Shown piece after piece: positions 26,943 to 40,791 of a stretch of 64,000 nucleotides of DNA. A program made the position numbers and the translations under genes. Source of the stretch: Eledone cirrhosa (taxonomy: Eukaryota); NCBI GenBank assembly GCA_964016885.1, contig OZ024760.1, forward strand, positions 32,240,001 through 32,304,000. Reading direction: 5' to 3'. The notes beneath the pieces were generated by a model. The model saw only the letters and a program-made list of their open reading frames with translations, did not search any database and was not told the origin of the DNA. Within the stretch, counting starts at the first letter, position 1. Every line of letters begins with the position of its first letter.

Positions 26943-26949
26943 CAAAATT

Positions 26950-28942
26950 ATGAAGACAGGCAAGGCAGCTGAGCCATCGGAGATAGTTGCTGAGATGTTG
27001 AAGGCATCTGGTATGGTGGGACACACTATGGTCACCCGTATAGTTAACCAAGTAATACAGAATGGAGTCATACCGAAAGACTGGCATAACAGCATCATCA
27101 TTAACTGCTACACGGGTAAAGGGGATGCTCGAGATAGGGGAAACTATAGAGGCATTAAGTTAGTTGACCAGGTCATGAAGGTCACAGAAAGAGTTATAGC
27201 GCAACTAATCAGAGAGCGAATTGATCTAGATGAAATGCAGTTTGGGTTTGTGTCAGGTAAAAGTACCACAGACGCTCTTTTCCTTGTACGACAACTACAG
27301 GAGAAATACCTAGCTAAAAGTAAACCCCTCTACTTAGCTTTTGTAGACCTGGAGAAAGCTTTTGACAGAGTACCCCACTCCATTATCTGGTGGGCTCTTA
27401 GAAAACTAGGTGTAGATGAATGGCTTGTGAGAGCTATACAAGCTATGTATAATGAAACAGTCAGTAAGGTTAGAATTAACAATGAATATTGTGAAGAATT
27501 TAGTGTAAAAGTTGGCATTCATCAAAGCTCTGCTCTTAGCCCCCCTCTTATTTATTATTGCCCTTCAGGCTATAAGAGAGTTCAAGACCGGCTGCCCATG
27601 GGAACTCCTATACGCAGATGATCTAACGCTCATAGCTGAATCAATGGCTGAACTAGAGAAGAAATTCGAAACATGGAAGCATGGCCTAGAATCAAAAGGC
27701 CTTAAAGTTAACTCGTCTAAGACTAAAGTTCTAGTTTGTAGAAAGGAAAATAGGGCACAGGTGCCCTCAGGGAAATGGCCATGCTCAGTGTGTAGGAAAG
27801 GAGTAGGCAGAAATTCCATTTTATGTCCCAAATGCAAAGTATGGGTACATAAAAGATGTAGTGGGATCACAGGTAAGCTAACTAAGAACGTAGACTTTAT
27901 ATGTGGCCATTGCTTAGGTGCAATAAGTAGCAAGTGTCCAAAGGATACTAGCTCCTTCCATTGCCCAGATGGTTCTATAGAAATAGTAGACACTTTCCGT
28001 TACCTGGGTGACGAAATCAGCAGTGGTGGAGGGTGTTCTGAAAGTACAGTAGTCAGAGTCAGAACGGGATGGAAAAAGTTCAGAGAGCTTATACCACTAT
28101 TGGCCACAAAAGGTTTCTCTCTAAAAATGAAAGGCAGATTGTATGATGCCTGTATACGAACAGCAATGCTACATGGCAGTGAGACATGGGCATTACGTGC
28201 AGAGGACCTGCATAGTCTGGAAAGGAATGAAGCATGCATGCTCCGTTGGATGTATAATAGTAATATACGTGAACGGCAAAGCATAAATGAACTAAGTGAG
28301 AAATTAGGAATAAGAGGGATCAGATGCTGTTTACTTGAGAGAAGACTACATTGGTACGGTCGCGTGATGCGCATGAAAGACGACAGCTGCATAAAAAAGT
28401 GCAGGACGATCTAAATTGATGGTAGTTACGGAGTAGGTAGACCCAGAAAAACCTGGGATGATCTGATAAATTCCGACCTCACACACTTACATCTCTCTAA
28501 GACAATGTCTCTGGACTGAGATCTTTGGCGCTACGCAGTAATACAGAAGACCCGCCTTTCCTATGTACAAAGCGAAACCTAGTCAGTAAGCACCTCTTAA
28601 CCAAATATACACCCCAATCTACTACCCCTACCCTATTCTCCCACTCCCACCAACAGCATGAGAAAAGGAGATCGAGTTTGTGTAGGTGTCACTACAAAAA
28701 AAACACACAGTCCACGCTGTAATGTGGCCGTGTAGGTAACATGGTAAAAAGTTCCCAGTTCCACACTGTAAATGTGGTCGGTTAGGAAGGGCATCCAGCC
28801 GTAGAAAACCTGCCAGATAGTCCTATATGAGCGAGACACGGTCACTCGACTAGCCTTGCCTCAAATGGAACAACTCCCGTCTAACCCATGCTAGCGTGGA
28901 AAATGGACGTTAAACAAAGATGATGATGATGATGATGATGAT
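26950..28942 (+). mobile_element. RTE family A copy, 5'-truncated and frameshifted, in ICAP-1 intron 3, antisense to the gene
   Basis: RT ORF pieces 26950-27621 and 27512-28414; 3' UTR and (GAT)n tail at 28919-28942. Confidence 0.93.
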
Positions 28943-28994
28943 ATACACACCCAAGCATAGAAAACTACTTGGTAGACTAACATATAATCCTTAC

Positions 28995-29090
28995 CTGCCC
29001 CTTTTTGTCAAGGACCTTAATTCCGTGCCTTGATACATTTAGTTTAACAGTGTCTTCTTCTCGAGCAGTGACAGGCAGTTTACCATCAAT
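28995..29090 (-). CDS. ITGB1BP1: ICAP-1 exon 3
   Basis: tgtgtttcag| IDGKLPVTAREEDTVKLNVSRHGIKVLDKKGQ |gtaagg; resembles human [25 protein letters not shown]. Confidence 0.9.
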
Positions 29091-29529
29091 CTGAAACACA
29101 GACAGAAGGACACCTTAGCCCCTGCAGATTGGACCCTATTTCAAACATAGTGAACCCCCAACTTTTAATGTCCTGTACTGCATAAGACAGCATTAGTGAG
29201 ACATCCTTTATAAATATAAAACAGTCCTGTGACTTTACTTTAGTTTACTGCAAATTTTCACAAAGATCTGTCAACTAGTAAAGACATTTGAATTAACATT
29301 CCTTTTTTTTAGATGTTTTTCTGTTAAATCTTTACAGGATGTTAGTAGTTAAGGGCTAATGTTAAAGTTAGTTAAAGTTAATTGAAATTAAACTAAGGGG
29401 ACATTTGTTTTTTGTTTTTAATGTAGAAAAAAAAAAAGAATGAAGTCGATCAACAAGATCCCAGATCTCATTTGTTTAATGAGCGGGTGGACCTTGTCAG
29501 ACTGGACCAAGGAAACAACCCCTGGTAGA

Positions 29530-29640
29530 AGGAGCAACGTGAAATAGAGTGTCTTGCTCAAGGACAAAACACATCGTCTGGTCCAGGAATCGAACTCACA
29601 ACCTCACGATTGTGAATCCAATTCTCTAACCACTCAGCCA
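29530..29640 (-). mobile_element. SINE head fragment (same family as 8386-8789)
   Basis: Minus strand TGGCTGAGTGGTTAG...GAGTTCGATTCC...CCTTGAGCAAGACAC. Confidence 0.7.
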
Positions 29641-29998
29641 CATCTTTAATACAACTTACACTTCTTATAATATGAAATTATTAAATTGGGAAGGAATTTG
29701 TGACTGAACAGATATGAAGGGAACATGTCCTGTTGGAGTTGGGAGAGAAAAAAATACTATGTATAAGAGGAATTGAATGTTATGCGCAGGAGAGAAGACT
29801 GCACTGGTATGGAAGGTGACAGTAAGGTAAAGATATGACAGGAGCTCAAAATAAAAGAAAACCAAGGGCAGAAAATGGTAGGAATAAGTGGGCAAAGAAG
29901 AAGTTAAACATATAACAAAAAAGAGAGAAAAAAATGCAATGGGTGGTTGATGAAAGTGATGATTAGATGAAAGGAAATAAGGTGTCCTTATGCCATAC

Positions 29999-30181
29999 CT
30001 GAGCTTCTTCCAGCTGGTCTATTAACTGGGCTTCTGTATCCCTCTTCCTAGCATCCCCCATATTCATTTCTTGTACCATCCCCAAGAAGGACACGTTGAA
30101 AAAGACCCGTTGGTGAAGAATCTTCTCCACAGAATCTTTGGTGTCCTTTTGTGCCGTTAAGTTTTCGTTACTGGAAGCCAG
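29999..30181 (-). CDS. ITGB1BP1: ICAP-1 exon 2
   Basis: atttttcag| LASSNENLTAQKDTKDSVEKILHQRVFFNVSFLGMVQEMNMGDARKRDTEAQLIDQLEEAQ |gtatgg; PTB beta1 strand F-x-V-x-F-L-G; 183 nt, phase 0/0. Confidence 0.88.
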
Positions 30182-31290
30182 CTGAAAAATTGATAAATTT
30201 CAAATATACAAATAACGGGTAGATCAAGTGAGATCAGGAACATTTCTTGCCAGGGTTTGGTAACAGGTGGGCCACTGAAGTGGTTTCTGTGGGTCTTGGA
30301 TCTATTCAAATATTGTAAGATGGTATGGTATGATCCCATAACTTCTGATGGAGTTGTAGGAGTGCCATACAGTGTTTCTGGGGAATTTTAAGCCTAGCAG
30401 AGCCCATCTCCTCTTCAGGTCTGAATACAGCAGAGTTCTTCCAGAGAAGGAGAGGGTGAGAGAATGGAAGTGAGAAAGAGATATAGAAGAAGAATCAACC
30501 TCAGTACTTGACTGGTACTTTTTTTTATCAACCTTAAAGGCAAAGTTGACCTCAGAGCGCAGTCAGAATAAATACTACAAAGCATTCTATCTGACATTTT
30601 AACAACTCTGCCAAATTCACTCCCTTCTATGTAATATATATAATTAATATAATATATATAATTAATATAGATGTGGATGGTACCTGTCCTACTAGAAATA
30701 GCAGCCAAATCTTACCCTATCACTGTTATATATATAGTTTAGATGTGGATTACACATGTAAACTCACCTATCTGAGATGTGGAAGCAGAGTCGGGCTTCG
30801 ATCTCCTTCATTACACCTAAGTTGATCGATATTGAAACAATTGTAATATGCAAATAAAGTTTCTACACGGGATGAAAATCTGACTTCAATTATTGTCACT
30901 ATAAATATATATATATATATTAGGCTAAATAGTGAGTCTTGTTACTCTGCAGTTTCGTCTGTTTATCACAGGGTCATCAATCAAGAACCCAGTATTGAGT
31001 ACTTTCTCTCAGCCGTCAACCACATATGGATATATATATAAACAAGACTGGGACATATATTTTATATAAACTTTCCTCCGATCACAATATCTTATATGTA
31101 AACAACTGAAATAGTTTCCAACACACCGGGTAACTAATTAAATGATATTCTAAGTTAATTATATATTATATATAATAGACAATAATATATTATATATACT
31201 AAACAATAATATATATATACTAGATATATAAACTAAGCAGCAAAAACTATTAAAGGCAACTTTTATAATTGTAGAAAACTTTTCTCTTAC

Positions 31291-31344
31291 AACACTTTCT
31301 TTGCTTCCATTCTGTGGAGTTGACTTCGCTTTTCTTTTAAACAT
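31291..31344 (-). CDS. ITGB1BP1: ICAP-1 exon 1 (coding part)
   Basis: ATG MFKRKAKSTPQNGSKESV |gtaaga; basic N-terminus like human MFRKGKKR; phase 0 matches exon 2. Confidence 0.8.
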
Positions 31345-31499
31345 ATTTACTGTCTTTAATTATTGGCAGCAGTGGTGGAGGCCTGATTATCATTAATTAT
31401 TATTTTAAAGTAATTTTCATCATCAAAATCTCCCAAAATATTTCAAAATAAACAAAAAATCAAAAAGTTTTACTTCTTCTTTTCAAAAACAAAAAGAAC

Positions 31500-32378
31500 A
31501 ACACCGGAAGTTGACATCTAATCTCGAATGCAGAATGCGGTCAAAAAATAATTTTAAATTTATTATTAATTAAAAAAAATATCACTTTTCTGTTTATTAA
31601 AAAAAGATTAAATATTGAATATAATATATAAATATATATTAAATTAAAAATAAAATTAAATATATATATATTATTGTTGTGACTTCATGTATAAAATGGG
31701 TCTTTACAGTTTCTGTTAATTCATGGCCCCTTAAAAACATCCCTAAAAGGTGTGCAGGATCATCAGAAATGTTAGACAGCCTGTCTAAATGCCATTTGTG
31801 GTGTTTATGTGTCTGAGTTCAAATCCCACAACAGACTCCTCCATATTACTTTCCCTCTGGATTTAATAAAATAATTTACCTCTCATATATTCTCTACCTC
31901 CATTCTTTTTATATAAACACTATGTTAGAAATATTTATATTAAACATGCAATAATCGAGAAATTATTTAATTTACTAAACTACAAAAATAAAAAATAAAA
32001 AAAAATCATATTTATATATGTGTGTGTATGTAAAAATTATATATATGTATGTATGTGTATATATCTATGTCAATGTATGTGTGTGTATGTATGTGTGCAT
32101 GTGCATCTAAGTATATACGTGTGTGTGTGTGCAATTTAAAAAAAAAATTATTTTACAATTTTTTTACAACTATGTTTGTATGATTGAACGAATTTATATA
32201 TCTGAACATTGCAAATAGAAAAAAATATATATTCATATATAAATAGACTTAAAGTTAAAGGGGGGGGGGGATAACTTAAGAGAAATATGTATGTATATAT
32301 ATATATACACAAATACAATTATATATAATATATTTGCATATATACACGTGTCTAAATATATATAAACGTGTTTTTCAC

Positions 32379-32429
<51 letters not shown>

Positions 32430-32530
32430 ATGTGTCTCTGATTATATATTTATACACATACATATATATATAAAGAGAGAGAGACAAGATGAGGGGGAAG
32501 GTAATCAGTTGCCGCGCGCCATTTTCCCAT
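31500..32530. promoter_or_regulatory. Putative divergent promoter region between ICAP-1 and TFIIS
   Basis: ETS-type CCGGAAGT at ~31504-31511 and YY1-type CGCCATTTT at 32517-32525, between two outward-facing ATGs 1.9 kb apart. Confidence 0.5.
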
Positions 32531-33271
32531 CATGCAACAGTCTTTCTGTGTCCGCCAAAACAACAAACAAACAACCAAACAGGCAAAAAAGGAAAGAAAG
32601 AAGCAAGCAAGGAGAGAGTGTGAAGAAGAAGGAGATGAAGAGTGTTTCTTGTGTTAAATTATTATTACTACAACAATTGCTGGGACTGGTTGGTGTTATC
32701 GGTGGTGGTGTCGTATTTAGGGGGTTTATATTGAACTAATATAGATATATTGGTCTATATATATTGATATATACATAGATCTAGATATATTGTATTTAAT
32801 ATATATATATTATACTGTGTATATATATAATTGTTTCTACTTTAGTATATATAATATATATATATATCTGTGTTGTTGTCACAGGGGGGTCTATATTGAA
32901 CTGACATCAATACTGATATATATCATTATATATAGTGTATACAGTATATATATAGTATATAATATATATTTACATCTGTGTATATATAGTATATAATAGA
33001 TATACATATACATCTGTATATATATATATATATACTATATATTATATATGTGTGTGTTGTTTTTTTAAAGGGGTCTATATTGAAGTGACATCAGTACTGG
33101 TGTATATATATATATATATACACAATATATTTACAGTATATATATATATATATCTCAGTGTGTTGTTGCTGGGGTGTAAAAGAAATATAAGTATATATCT
33201 GTATATATATTATACCATATATAGTATATATATATATCTGTGTGTGGAGTTTGTCTACTGAAGAACTCAAG

Positions 33272-33340
33272 ATGGGGTGTGAAGACGAAGTGTTGAAGAT
33301 CGGTAAAAAACTGGAGAAGATGATTTCTAGTGGAACATCG
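33272..33340 (+). CDS. TCEA1: Transcription elongation factor S-II (TFIIS), first coding exon
   Basis: MGCEDEVLKIGKKLEKMISSGTS followed by a consensus |GTAAGT donor, phase 0; resembles the TFIIS N-terminus (human MEDEVVRFAKKMDKM). Only 23 aa are visible. Confidence 0.78.
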
Positions 33341-34050
33341 GTAAGTAGAACAACAATATATATATATATACACATGTTTTATATAGACATACATACAATA
33401 TATACACACATACATACAATATATACACTGTATACACATACAATATAGACACATGTTTTATATAGACACACATACAATATATATACACTGTATTCATACA
33501 ATATATACACTGTATACATAAATGCTTTATATATACACTATACACCACATACACACTTTATATATACACCATATACACACAATATATACACCACATACAC
33601 ATGCTTTATATATACACCACTTACACATACTTTATATATACACATGCAGATAATATACATTATATATACACTGGGATAATTGCTGGCCTTGTGCCAAAAG
33701 TAGAAACAAATATATATACACTTGCTTTATATATACAGTATATACAATATACACACGTTGATCGTTTCTTATATATATGCATACCTCTCTCTCTCTCTGT
33801 ATATATATATATATATATATATATACACGTTGATCGTTTCTTATATTCTTAAAACTCACACATATACTTTAAATAAATATATATACATATGTGTGTGTGT
33901 GTGTATATATGTGTGCAAAATATGCATGCCTAGATATATACACATGTATATAATGCATCCTTATAAATGTATATATAGGCGTGTATTATATATAATACAC
34001 ACCTAACCCTACCCCAGAGTTAACTATATATATATATATACGATATTTAT

Positions 34051-34128
34051 TATTTGTTGAGTGCTTTATATCAGTTATAAAAATATTTGCTTGTTGTATC
34101 CCAACAATTTAAATAGAACTTTTACATT
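34051..34128 (+). mobile_element. Short fragment of the same small element family as 57492-57870
   Basis: GAGTGCTTTATATCAGTTATAA...CCCAACAATTTAAATA matches ~57800-57870; flanked by (TA)n. Confidence 0.7.
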
Positions 34129-34744
34129 ATATATATATAGTTAACACCTATATATATATATATATATATATGGTTATTATATACACAGTTAATACCTGTT
34201 TACCACACATATACACCTATAGTTAACATATATATATATATACACCTATAGTTAATATATATATATACACACCTATAGTTAACATATATATATATACACA
34301 CCTATATATATATATACACATACAAAATTAACTAAAATACAATTAAACAATCTTAAAATATATTTCTATTACAATTACTTACAAATATAAATATATTTAT
34401 CTAATTAAAGTCTATTTAAGATAGTTTATAGGGGGGGGGGGGGCAATTTGTGATCGATATTTAAACTGTCCATCATTCTATAAGTCTATATACGTGTGTG
34501 TATATATATATATATATATATGTTTATTTAGTGTGTGTACACAGTATATATATGTATGTTTATTTAAAGTGTGTGTATATATAACTATATTCCTTTCTCA
34601 TTGGATCACAAAACAATAAAATACTAGATGTTATTTAACCCTGGCCCAGGTATGGGGCACCTCACCCTCCTATATGATCAATACTAGAGGTTGTTTAACC
34701 CTAGGACAAGTATATCTCAACATACCCTCCTATATGATCAATGT

Positions 34745-37700
34745 TTAACAATAAACACAGCCCTGTGTTCACCATTAACAATAAACACAGCACTGTGTTT
34801 ACCACACTAACAGTAAACACAGTCCTGTGTTCACCGCTAACAATAAACACAGCCCTGTGTTCACCACTAACAATAAACACAGCTCTGTGTTCGCTAACAA
34901 TAAACAGCCCTGTGTGTACCATAACAATAAACATCCGTGTTCACCACTAACAATAAACGCAGCCCTGTGTTCACCACTAACAATAAAGGCAGCCCTGTGT
35001 TCACCACTAACAATAAACGCAGCCCTGTGTTCACCATAACAATAAACGCAGCACTGTTTACCACACTAACGGCAAACACAGCCATGTGTTCACCACTAAC
35101 AGTAAGCACAGTCTGTGTTCACCGTAACGATAAACACAACCATGTGTTCACCACACTAGCAAGGAACACAGCCCTGTGTTTACTATAACAAGAAACACAG
35201 CCCTGTGTTCACCACTAACAATAAAGACAGCCATGTGTTCATCAATAACAGTAAGCACAGAATGTGTTCACCATAACAAATGCAGCCCTGTGTTCACCAT
35301 AACAACAAACACAGCCCTGTGTTCACCATACTAACAATGAACACAGCCCTGTGTTTCCCATGACAACAAACACAGTCCTGTGCTCACCATAACAACAAAC
35401 ACAGTCCTGTGTTCACCATAACAATAAACACAGTCCTGTGTTCACCATAACAATAAACACAGTCCTGTGTTCACCATAACAAACACAACCCTGTGTTCAC
35501 CATAACAATCAGCCATGTGTTCACCATAACAACAAACACAGCCCTGCGTTCACCATAACAACAAACACAGCCCTGCGTTCACCATAACAAACACAGCCCT
35601 GTGTTCACCATAACAACAAACACAGCCCTGTGTTCACCATAACAACAAACACAGCCCTGCGTTCACCATAACAAACACAGCCCTGTGTTCACCATAACAA
35701 CAAACACAGCCCTGTGTTCACCATAACAACAAACACAGTCCTGTGTTCACCATAACAATAAACACAGCCCTGTGTTCACCATAACAACAAACACAGCCCT
35801 GTGTTCACCATAACAGCAAACACAGCCCTGTGTTCACCATAACAGCAAACACAGCCCTGTGTTCACCATAACAACAAACACAGCCCTGTGTTCACCATAA
35901 CAACAAACACAGCCCTGTGTTCACCATAACAACAAACACAGCCCTGTGTTCACCATAACAACAAACACAGCCCTGTGTTCACCATAACATCAAACACAGC
36001 CCTGTGTTCACCATAACAATAAACACAGCCCTGTGTTCACCACTAACAACAAACAGCCCTGTGTTCACCATAACAACAAGCACAGCCCTGTGTTCACCAT
36101 AACAACAAACACAGTCCTGTGTTCACCATAACAGCAAACACAGCCCTGTGTTCACCATAACAACAAACACAGTCCTGTGTTCACCATAACAGCAAACACA
36201 GCCCTGTGTTCACCATAACAACAAACACAACCCTGTGTTCACCATAACAACAAACACAGTCCTGTGTTCACCATAACAGCAAACACAGCCCTGTGTTCAC
36301 CATAACAGCAAACACAGCCCTGTGTTCACCATAATAAACACAGCCATGTTCACCATAACAACAAACACAGCCCTGTGTTCACCATAACAGCAAACACAGC
36401 CCTGTGTTCACCATAACAAACACAGCCCTGTGTTCACCATAACAAGAAACACAGCCCTGTGTTCACCATAACAACAAACACAGCCCTGTGTTCACCGTAA
36501 CAACAAACACACCCTGTGTTCACCATAACAACAAACAGTCCTGTGTTCACCATAACAGCAAACACAGCCCTGTGTTCACCATAACAGCAAACACAGCCGT
36601 GTTCACCATAACAACAAACACAGCCCTGTGTCCACCATAACAACAAACACAGTCCTGTGTTTACCATAACAGCAAACACAGCCCTGTGTTCACCATAACA
36701 AGAAACACAGCCCTGTGTTCACCATAACATCAAACACAGCCCTGTGTTCACCATAACAGCAAACACAGCCCTGTGTTCACCATAACAAACACAGCCCTGT
36801 GTTCACCATAACAATAAACACGGCTCTGTGTTCACCATAACAGCAAACACAGCCCTGTGTTCACCATAACAATATACACAGCCCTGTGTTCACCATAACA
36901 GCAAACACAGCCCTATGTTCACCATAACAACAAACACAGCCCTGTGTTCACCATAACAACAAACACAGCCCTGTGTTCACCATAACAGCAAACACAGCCC
37001 TGTGTTCACCATAACAGCAAACACAGCCGTGTTCACCATAACAGCAAACACAGCCGTGTTCACCATAACAGCAAACACAGCCCTGTGTTCACCATAACAA
37101 ACACAGCCCTGTGTTCACCATAACAAGAAACACAGCCCTGTGTTCACCATAACAACAAACACAGCCCTGTGTTCACCATAACAGCAAACACAGCCCTGTG
37201 TTCACCATAACAGCAAACACAGCCCTGTGTTCACCATAACAGCAAACACAACCCTGTGTTCACCATAACAATCAGCCATGTGTTCACCATAACAAACACA
37301 GCCCTGTGTTCACGATAACAACAAACACAGCCCTGTGTTCACCATAACAGCAAACACAGCCCTGTGTTCACCATAACAACAAACACAGCCCTGTGTTCAC
37401 CTTAACAGCAAACACAGCTCTGTGTTCACCATAACAGCAAACACAGCTCTGTGTTCACCATAACAGCAAACACAGCTCTGTGTTCACCATAACAGCAAAC
37501 ACAGCTCTGTGTTCACCATAACAACAAACACAGCCCTGTGTTCACCATAACAGCAAACACAGCTCTGTGTTCACCATAACAGCAAACACAGCCCTGTGTT
37601 CACCATAACAGCAAACACAACCCTGTGTTCACCATAACAGCAAACACAGCCCTGTGTTCACCATAACAGCAAACACAGCTCTGTGTTCACCATAACAGCA

Positions 37701-37810
37701 AACACAACCCTGTGTTCACCATAACAGCAAACACAGCCCTGTGTTCACCATAACAACAAACACAGCCCTGTGTTCACCATAACAACAAACACAGCCCTGT
37801 GTTCACCATG
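34745..37810. repeat. ~29-bp minisatellite AACACAGCCCTGTGTTCACCATAACAACA
   Basis: About 100 tandem units, more degenerate at the left end. Confidence 0.97.
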
Positions 37811-38174
37811 TTCACAATATTTCAGTTATAGCGGAAGTATCCAATGTTTAGATTCTACCCAACACAAGTCTGAGAGAAAGAATCCCTGCCGCTATTTCTA
37901 CCTCCTTCCCTTCCTCCCTGACCCTGCTGCTACTTCTACCTCCCTCCCTCCTGTTGCTACTTCTACAGTTTTTAGTCTTGTAATTTATTTCACTGTGGGG
38001 GAGGTGTTGTTCTCTCTCTGTCTCTCTGGGAGTTGTCAGTCCTGTCTCTCTCCAGATGTCAGTGTTCTCTCCCTGGGAGTTGTCAGTCCTGTCTCTCTCC
38101 CTGGGAGAGGAAAGAATAGAGAAATTTATAAAGATTTCTTAATTTAAGTCAAAACAAAAATAGCATCATTATTT

Positions 38175-38345
38175 CTACGGTAGAGGGTCGGACTCCATGT
38201 TTTGACGCATTGAGTTACGGCCCTTGCCATTCTGAGTTGAAATCCCGCCGAAGTTAACTTTGCCTTTCATCCTTACGGGGTCGATAAAATAAAGTACCAG
38301 TAATACACTGGTTTATTGCTGGCCTTGTGCCAAAAGTAGAAACAA
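38175..38345 (+). mobile_element. SINE family 2 copy
   Basis: Matches 20252-20410. Confidence 0.8.
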
Positions 38346-38462
38346 TTATTTCTATACACACACATACAAATATATATATATATTTATGTATATATATATA
38401 TTTGTATGTGTGTGTATAGAAATAATTGTATATATATATATATATTGTGTGTATAGAAATAA

Positions 38463-39463
38463 TTGTATATATATATATTTATGTATATATATATATTTAT
38501 GTATATATATATATTTATGTATATATATATATTTATGTATATATATATATTTATGTATATATATATATATATTTATGTATATATATATATTTATGTATAT
38601 ATATATATATATTTATGTATATATATATATATATTTATGTATATATATATATATTTATGTATATATATATATATTTATGTATATATATATATATATTTAT
38701 GTATATATATATATATATATATTTATGTATATATATATATATTTATGTATATATATATATATATATTTATGTATATATATATATATTTATGTATATATAT
38801 ATATATATTTATGTATATATATATATATTTATGTATATATATATATATTTATGTATATATATATATATATTTATGTATATATATATATTTATGTATATAT
38901 ATATATTTATGTATATATATATATATTTATGTATATATATATATTTATGTATATATATATATATGTATATTTATGTATATATATATATATATATTTATGT
39001 ATATATATATATATATATATTTATGTATATATATATTTATGTATATATATATATATATATATATTTATGTATATATATATATATATATATTTATGTATAT
39101 ATATATATATTTATGTATATATATATATTTATGTATATATATATATATATTTATGTATATATATATATTTATGTATATATATATATTTATGTATATATAT
39201 ATATATTTATGTATATATATATATATTTATGTATATATATATATTTATGTATATATATATATATATTTATGTATATATATATATTTATGTATATATATAT
39301 ATATATTTATGTATATATATATATATATTTATGTATATATATATATATATTTATTTATATATATATATATATTTATTTATATATATATATATATTTATGT
39401 ATATATATATATATATTTATGTATATATTTATGTATATATATATATATATTTATGTATATATT

Positions 39464-39498
<35 letters not shown>

Positions 39499-40494
39499 GT
39501 ATATATATATATATATATATTTATGTATATATATATATATATATTTATGTATATATATATATATATTTATGTATATATTTATGTATATATATATATATAT
39601 TTATGTATATATATATATATATATATATTTATGTATATATATATATATATATTTATGTATATATTTATGTATATATATATATATATTTATGTATATATAT
39701 ATATATATATTTATGTATATATATATATATATATTTATGTATATATATATATATATATTTATGTATATATATATATATATATTTATGTATATATATATAT
39801 ATTTATGTATATATATATATATATATTTATGTATATATATATATATATATTTATGTATATATATATATATATATTTATGTATATATATATATATTTATGT
39901 ATATATATATATATATATTTATGTATATATATATATATATATTTATGTATATATATATATATATATTATGTATATATATATATATTTATATATATATATA
40001 TATTTATGTATATATATATATATTTATATATATATATATATTTATGTATATATATATATATTTATATATATATATATATTTATGTATATATATATTTATG
40101 TATATATATATATATTTATGTATATATATATTTATGTATATATATATATATATATATATTTATGTATATATATATATATTTATATATATATATATATTTA
40201 TGTATATATATATTTATGTATATATATATATATATATATTTATGTATATATATATTTATGTATATATATATTTATGTATATATATATATATATTTATGTA
40301 TATATATATTTATGTATATATATATATATATTTATGTATATATATATATATATTTATGTATATATATATATATATATTTATGTATATATATTTATGTATA
40401 TATATATATATATATATTTATGTATATATATATATATATATATTTATGTATATATATATATATATATTTATGTATATATATATATATATATATT

Positions 40495-40529
<35 letters not shown>

Positions 40530-40640
40530 GTATATATATATATATATATATATTTATGTATATATATATATATATATATATTTATGTATATATATATATA
40601 TATATATATTTATGTATATATATATATATATATATATATT

Positions 40641-40675
<35 letters not shown>

Positions 40676-40790
40676 GTATATATATATATATATATATATT
40701 TATGTATATATATATATATATATATATTTATGTATATATATATATATATATATATTTATGTATATAAATATATATATATTTATGTATGTA
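38463..40790. repeat. (TA)n satellite punctuated by TTTATG
   Basis: Directly visible; the same motif in the same polarity recurs at 42566-42958, 45668-47717, 48007-48203, 57870-58092 and 58870-59323. Confidence 0.97.
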
Positions 40791-40791
40791 T

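Noticed and set aside
34745-37810. CRISPR-like appearance (palindromic ~29-bp repeats)
   Set aside because: No unique spacers, no cas genes, eukaryotic context; it is a tandem minisatellite
37770-38147. Candidate TFIIS exon 2 in the unique stretch after the minisatellite
   Set aside because: No similarity to the expected TFIIS N-terminal domain continuation (LDLL...L..TRIG) in any frame I read
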